The position numbers and the translations under genes were made by a program. Below the pieces are notes generated by a model. The model did not search any database, was not told where the DNA came from, and was given only the letters and a program-made list of their open reading frames with translations. Positions 60,637 to 64,000 of a stretch of DNA of 64,000 nt are shown here, in pieces. The number at the start of each line of letters is the position of its first letter. Positions within the stretch are counted from its first letter, which is position 1. This stretch comes from a virus (Duplodnaviria; Caudoviricetes), in IMG/VR virus record IMGVR_UViG_3300037067_011041, positions 32,001 through 96,000 of that record; one strand, 5' to 3'.

Positions 60637-61460
60637 TCATAGGTGATACGCCCATCTGGAAAGAAGATGATCTGACGAATATCGTTCGGGTCAGTAGTGT
60701 CCGTAAGACAGTTGCCGACGCACACGTTCTGACCATAATAGTCAAACACGCTGGCCCCATGTGGAAGCCGTAGAAGTTCCGTCCCCAGTGAGTCTAGGTG
60801 ATCGTACAGTTCGCTCACCTTTAGGATCGGTCGGTGGGAATCTACCCACTTGGCTACTTCGCTGTCAAGGGCCCTTTCTGGCCGATCCACCGGTCTAATG
60901 GTGCACTGCTCTACCTGAAAGTTCTTGCAGTGTGTCAGCAGTCGATCAACGTTGTCGAGACTGTCCACGCCGCCCTTTACCATAGTGCAGTTGATGCGAA
61001 CTGCCATTCCGGCTTCATGCCCTCTGTCAACGGCCTGCCAGAAATTGTAGCTACTCGGCAGGCCCATAATATCGTCGCTGATGGCCGGGTCGTAGTGAGC
61101 CACCGAAATGCACACCAAGGTAAGCCCAGCGTCGGCCCACTCCTTCAACTCTTGGAAGGGCATCCTGAGTATGCCAACACCGTTGGTTTGAAGGTCGACC
61201 AACGGAAACTGGTGATCCATGCGCCAGAGGTAAGAGTTGATCGAACTGTTGTACAGCATCGGCTCGCCCTTGCCTGTCAGCAGCACGCTGATAAGGCCGT
61301 CACCGGCTGCCTTGGCTATTCGACAAGCTGTATCAAAACGATCCCAGCGGATGTCGGCCTTATCGCACGCCTCCGTCTGTGTCATCTTGCTGACACAATA
61401 AGGGCAACGAGCGTTGCACGCTGCGGTGCCAACCACAATTGAAAATGTGTGGGTCTTCAT
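60606..61460 (-). CDS. Radical SAM enzyme
   Basis: CNARCPYC (CxxxCxxC), TGKGEP, QTNG. Confidence 0.9.
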   Translation of the reverse strand: MKTHTFSIVVGTAACNARCPYCVSKMTQTEACDKADIRWDRFDTACRIAKAAGDGLISVLLTGKGEPMLYNSSINSYLWRMDHQFPLVDLQTNGVGILRMPFQELKEWADAGLTLVCISVAHYDPAISDDIMGLPSSYNFWQAVDRGHEAGMAVRINCTMVKGGVDSLDNVDRLLTHCKNFQVEQCTIRPVDRPERALDSEVAKWVDSHRPILKVSELYDHLDSLGTELLRLPHGASVFDYYGQNVCVGNCLTDTTDPNDIRQIIFFPDGRITYDWKYPGARIL

Positions 61461-61855
61461 GTGATGATATCTCGGCAGCAGTCGGTCAATTTGTGGATCT
61501 CAGAATGGGGTGTGCCAAGTTCACCAGTGATCTCGTATCTGTCGTCGCCGCCTAAAACGACGGCCGTAAGTTTCCACGTTCCAGAAAACGGATCGGCCTC
61601 AATTTCGATTGGGACCACTACGACTGGATGATGCCCAACGGTCATCTTATCGATCGTTACCGGGGCCATGTACAATAAGCCTGCCTCAAGATCGAAAGGG
61701 CATCCATGGATATCCACGAACGGGCTAGCAGGCGTCTTAGGAGCCGTCAGATCGCGAACGAATTCGATCGCCTTTCCGATATTGTCCAGACCATCGGAAT
61801 GTACTTCCAGTTTTTGCCCGCCTGGAAGCATCGTCATGTAAGTGTAGGTTGTCAC
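61457..61855 (-). CDS. Hypothetical protein
   Basis: GTGA-coupled start at 61855. Confidence 0.5.
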   Translation of the reverse strand: MTTYTYMTMLPGGQKLEVHSDGLDNIGKAIEFVRDLTAPKTPASPFVDIHGCPFDLEAGLLYMAPVTIDKMTVGHHPVVVVPIEIEADPFSGTWKLTAVVLGGDDRYEITGELGTPHSEIHKLTDCCRDIIT

Positions 61856-62391
61856 TGAAGCGGAGTCCTTTCGACTTTGGTATACCGGAACGGCTGAAGA
61901 AGCTGCTCGTACAAAGCTTCTTTCGGGATCGGGACCATCAATGTCCTGGCGACGTCGTTCACGCTCTTGATCTCGCCATTGTAGATGCAGAACAGATTGT
62001 CCCAATCCGGTGCGGCCTCCCCGGAGGGGGCCTTGCAGAAGGGGTTGTAAACGACGGCGGCCTTCGTCAGGTGGGGTGCCTCGACTTGGAACGGCACCGT
62101 CAATTGCGACATGTTGAAGCCATTGTATCGCCTGCCAGCGGCACGCAGGCTCGTTCCGTTGGTGGTCGTGCTCCAGCCCTTGTAGTAGCGGGCTTCTTGA
62201 CCGTTGAACTGGGCCACGTATTTCTGGGCAAGGGTGTTGTTCCACGCGGCCCAAGCCGCATACTCGTCGGCGTCCATGCTCTGGATCACCTTGGGAAGCA
62301 CTCGGGCGGCCGGGCCCTCGGAAGTGCTGGCAATGATCTGTGCCTCGGCCACCAGGGGAAGGCACATCAGCAGGAAAGCAACAAACCTCAT
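61852..62391 (-). CDS. Secreted hypothetical protein
   Basis: MRFVAFLLMCLPLVAEA signal peptide. Confidence 0.6.
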   Translation of the reverse strand: MRFVAFLLMCLPLVAEAQIIASTSEGPAARVLPKVIQSMDADEYAAWAAWNNTLAQKYVAQFNGQEARYYKGWSTTTNGTSLRAAGRRYNGFNMSQLTVPFQVEAPHLTKAAVVYNPFCKAPSGEAAPDWDNLFCIYNGEIKSVNDVARTLMVPIPKEALYEQLLQPFRYTKVERTPLQ

Positions 62392-63553
62392 TGAACTTGT
62401 CTCCATTTCTTTTCTTGAATGGCGGCCTGGATTACTTGCAGGTCGCGTTCTCGTGATCGTAAAATATGCTCAGCGCGTCTGATTTCTCTCTTTTGATTCT
62501 CAAGGAACTTGTTGACCGCCTCTTCCTCGGTGTCGCTAAGTAACCACATAAGCATAGGCACGCTCTTGTCAAACTTCACGTACCTCAGGGCCAATCGCGA
62601 GAATGTCCGGTAGTTGGCGTTGTCTTCCTTTTTCAGGGTGTACGTTTTCGGGGAGTCGATGAAGGTCGCCTTGACAGCGGTCAATACGCTGACGCCGTTA
62701 CTATCATCCGTGAAACCGGCCACCCACTTCTTTACTTCTTTTCGTGCCATGTCAACTCCCGGTGGCGAATCGTAGTACGGTAACGTCTTCAGGTACTTCC
62801 ATGTTGAGGAGCCGGGCATAGTTTTTTGGAGCGACTTTCTCCAGCCCTTCGAGGAAGCAATGGCGCCTGTCGCCGGTTACGGCAACAGACACGTCGAAAG
62901 CCCTCATGACCTTGCTCCAAGTCGGGTTCTCAAGGTTGACGCACACGTAAGTGTGCCCGCTGCCCCATGTACCGTCGTCGGTGTCGAACAAAATGCACTT
63001 GCCCTCGAAGGCGATCTCATCCGGGCCGTGTGGAATGGAGGGGATTGCGTAGTTGAGTGGTCCGTTTTCGTTCTCCCACTCACTCCATGCGTCTCGTATG
63101 CGGTCATCTTCTTCGTCTTGCCGGGCAGCCTCGTCGATCTCCTCTGGTGTAGGCGGGTCGGCCTCGACACTCTCAACGACAGACGATCGCAAGTCTCGGA
63201 TATAGTTGTCAAACTCATTCCCATCGACGCCTTCGGGTTCGGCGGCCAAACAGGCCGCATCATACGCCGATTCCAAATGAAAGAATAGGGCTTCAATGAT
63301 TGCCAGTTTGACTGCTCGCTTCATTTCTCGTCTCCAGGTAGTGGGTCGTGCAAACGTCGCACAGTGTTTTGCCGTCAATGATGTTTTCGTTTCCAGGAAC
63401 TCCGCCGTTTCGTCCGAGGCACTCCTCACATGAGTCGCTGTTGGCTGGCGGGTCGCCCTCGTTTCCGATGAGCATCTTCGCCATCTTGATTGGGTCGCCG
63501 CCGGATAAGGTGGCCCCGAGGATCATTGCGGTATTAGGTGAATGTCTCAGCAT
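62388..63553 (-). other. Hypothetical CDSs (62388-62750, 62752-63324, 63293-63553)
   Basis: Coupled ORFs; the promoter-proximal one (63553) is leaderless. Confidence 0.55.
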
Positions 63554-63559
63554 ACTTGA

Positions 63560-63587
63560 AGTATACACCAGAATTTGAGAAAGTCAA
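63560..63587 (-). promoter_or_regulatory. Class-I promoter TTGACT-N16-TATACT, leaderless (ATG at 63553)
   Basis: Motif family. Confidence 0.85.
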
Positions 63588-63738
63588 ATGGAATCTGGAA
63601 AAAGTTAGGCGAGGCGACGGGATCGGTGTTTCATTGACGAGCTACAAGGTAGGTTAGATGTTGGGTACCCGGCCTATCTAGTCCAACCGCTCTCCCGACT
63701 ACTCTACACACCGCCGCTTCCGGCCGCTAAGCCGTTGC

Positions 63739-63999
63739 CTAACTGGTGAAGACTTCTCCTGTAACTTCAACGTCGGCTGGCCAAAGCACGGCTGTGTATG
63801 GGCCTCGCGTGTCATGTTCACCGCATTGCAAGTCCAGCTTGATGGCGTCTAACGCAGACTCACGGGACGCATAGGCTCTTGAAGCCACCAAGGGGTGTCC
63901 ATAGCGATCGAAAATGTCGTAAGAAAAACCACCACAGGTAGAAACTCGAACGCGCCTAGTTGATACAATCGGCCTTTGTTCTGGTGTAAATGGTTCTCC
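63739..63999 (-). CDS. Partial hypothetical CDS (5' end outside window)
   Basis: 87 codons, open from the window edge to TAG at 63739. Confidence 0.5.
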   Translation of the reverse strand, partial: GEPFTPEQRPIVSTRRVRVSTCGGFSYDIFDRYGHPLVASRAYASRESALDAIKLDLQCGEHDTRGPYTAVLWPADVEVTGEVFTS

Positions 64000-64000
64000 T

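Noticed and set aside
61856-62365. N-terminal 170 aa of the 302-aa ORF 61457-62365
   Set aside because: Alternative frame of the secreted-protein gene; a coupled GTG start at 61855 is more plausible
1-64000. Integrase, transposase, reverse transcriptase/DGR, rRNA
   Set aside because: No diagnostic motifs or template/variable repeat pairs seen

Overview
A 64-kb slice of a large tailed dsDNA phage genome, densely coded in the standard genetic code. Several gene clues suggest a Planctomycetota host (inference). Layout: (1) end of a tail module (+, 1-5.9 kb); (2) a short minus-strand block of exonuclease, dATP/dGTP diphosphohydrolase and primase-helicase; (3) an origin-like intergenic region with 11-bp tandem repeats between two mirror-image promoter-like motifs (10.2-10.7 kb); (4) a long plus-strand replication, nucleotide-metabolism and accessory arm to 53.5 kb (ParB, SNF2 helicase, PolA, sigma-like factor, ligase, nucleases, MTase, proteases); (5) a convergent minus-strand arm of small genes. 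Most notable: a set of non-canonical tRNA-shaped RNAs (a 98-nt tmRNA-like RNA reduced to its tRNA-like domain, a D-armless 8/4 tRNA-Tyr with a possible pseudoknot, a D-armless Ser-like element, an initiator-like tRNA-Met); an HMW1C-like N-glycosyltransferase coupled to a sugar C-methyltransferase; and 11 near-identical promoters with a fixed 16-bp spacer, 7 placed to make leaderless mRNAs. All calls are by eye from motifs; no searches were run.
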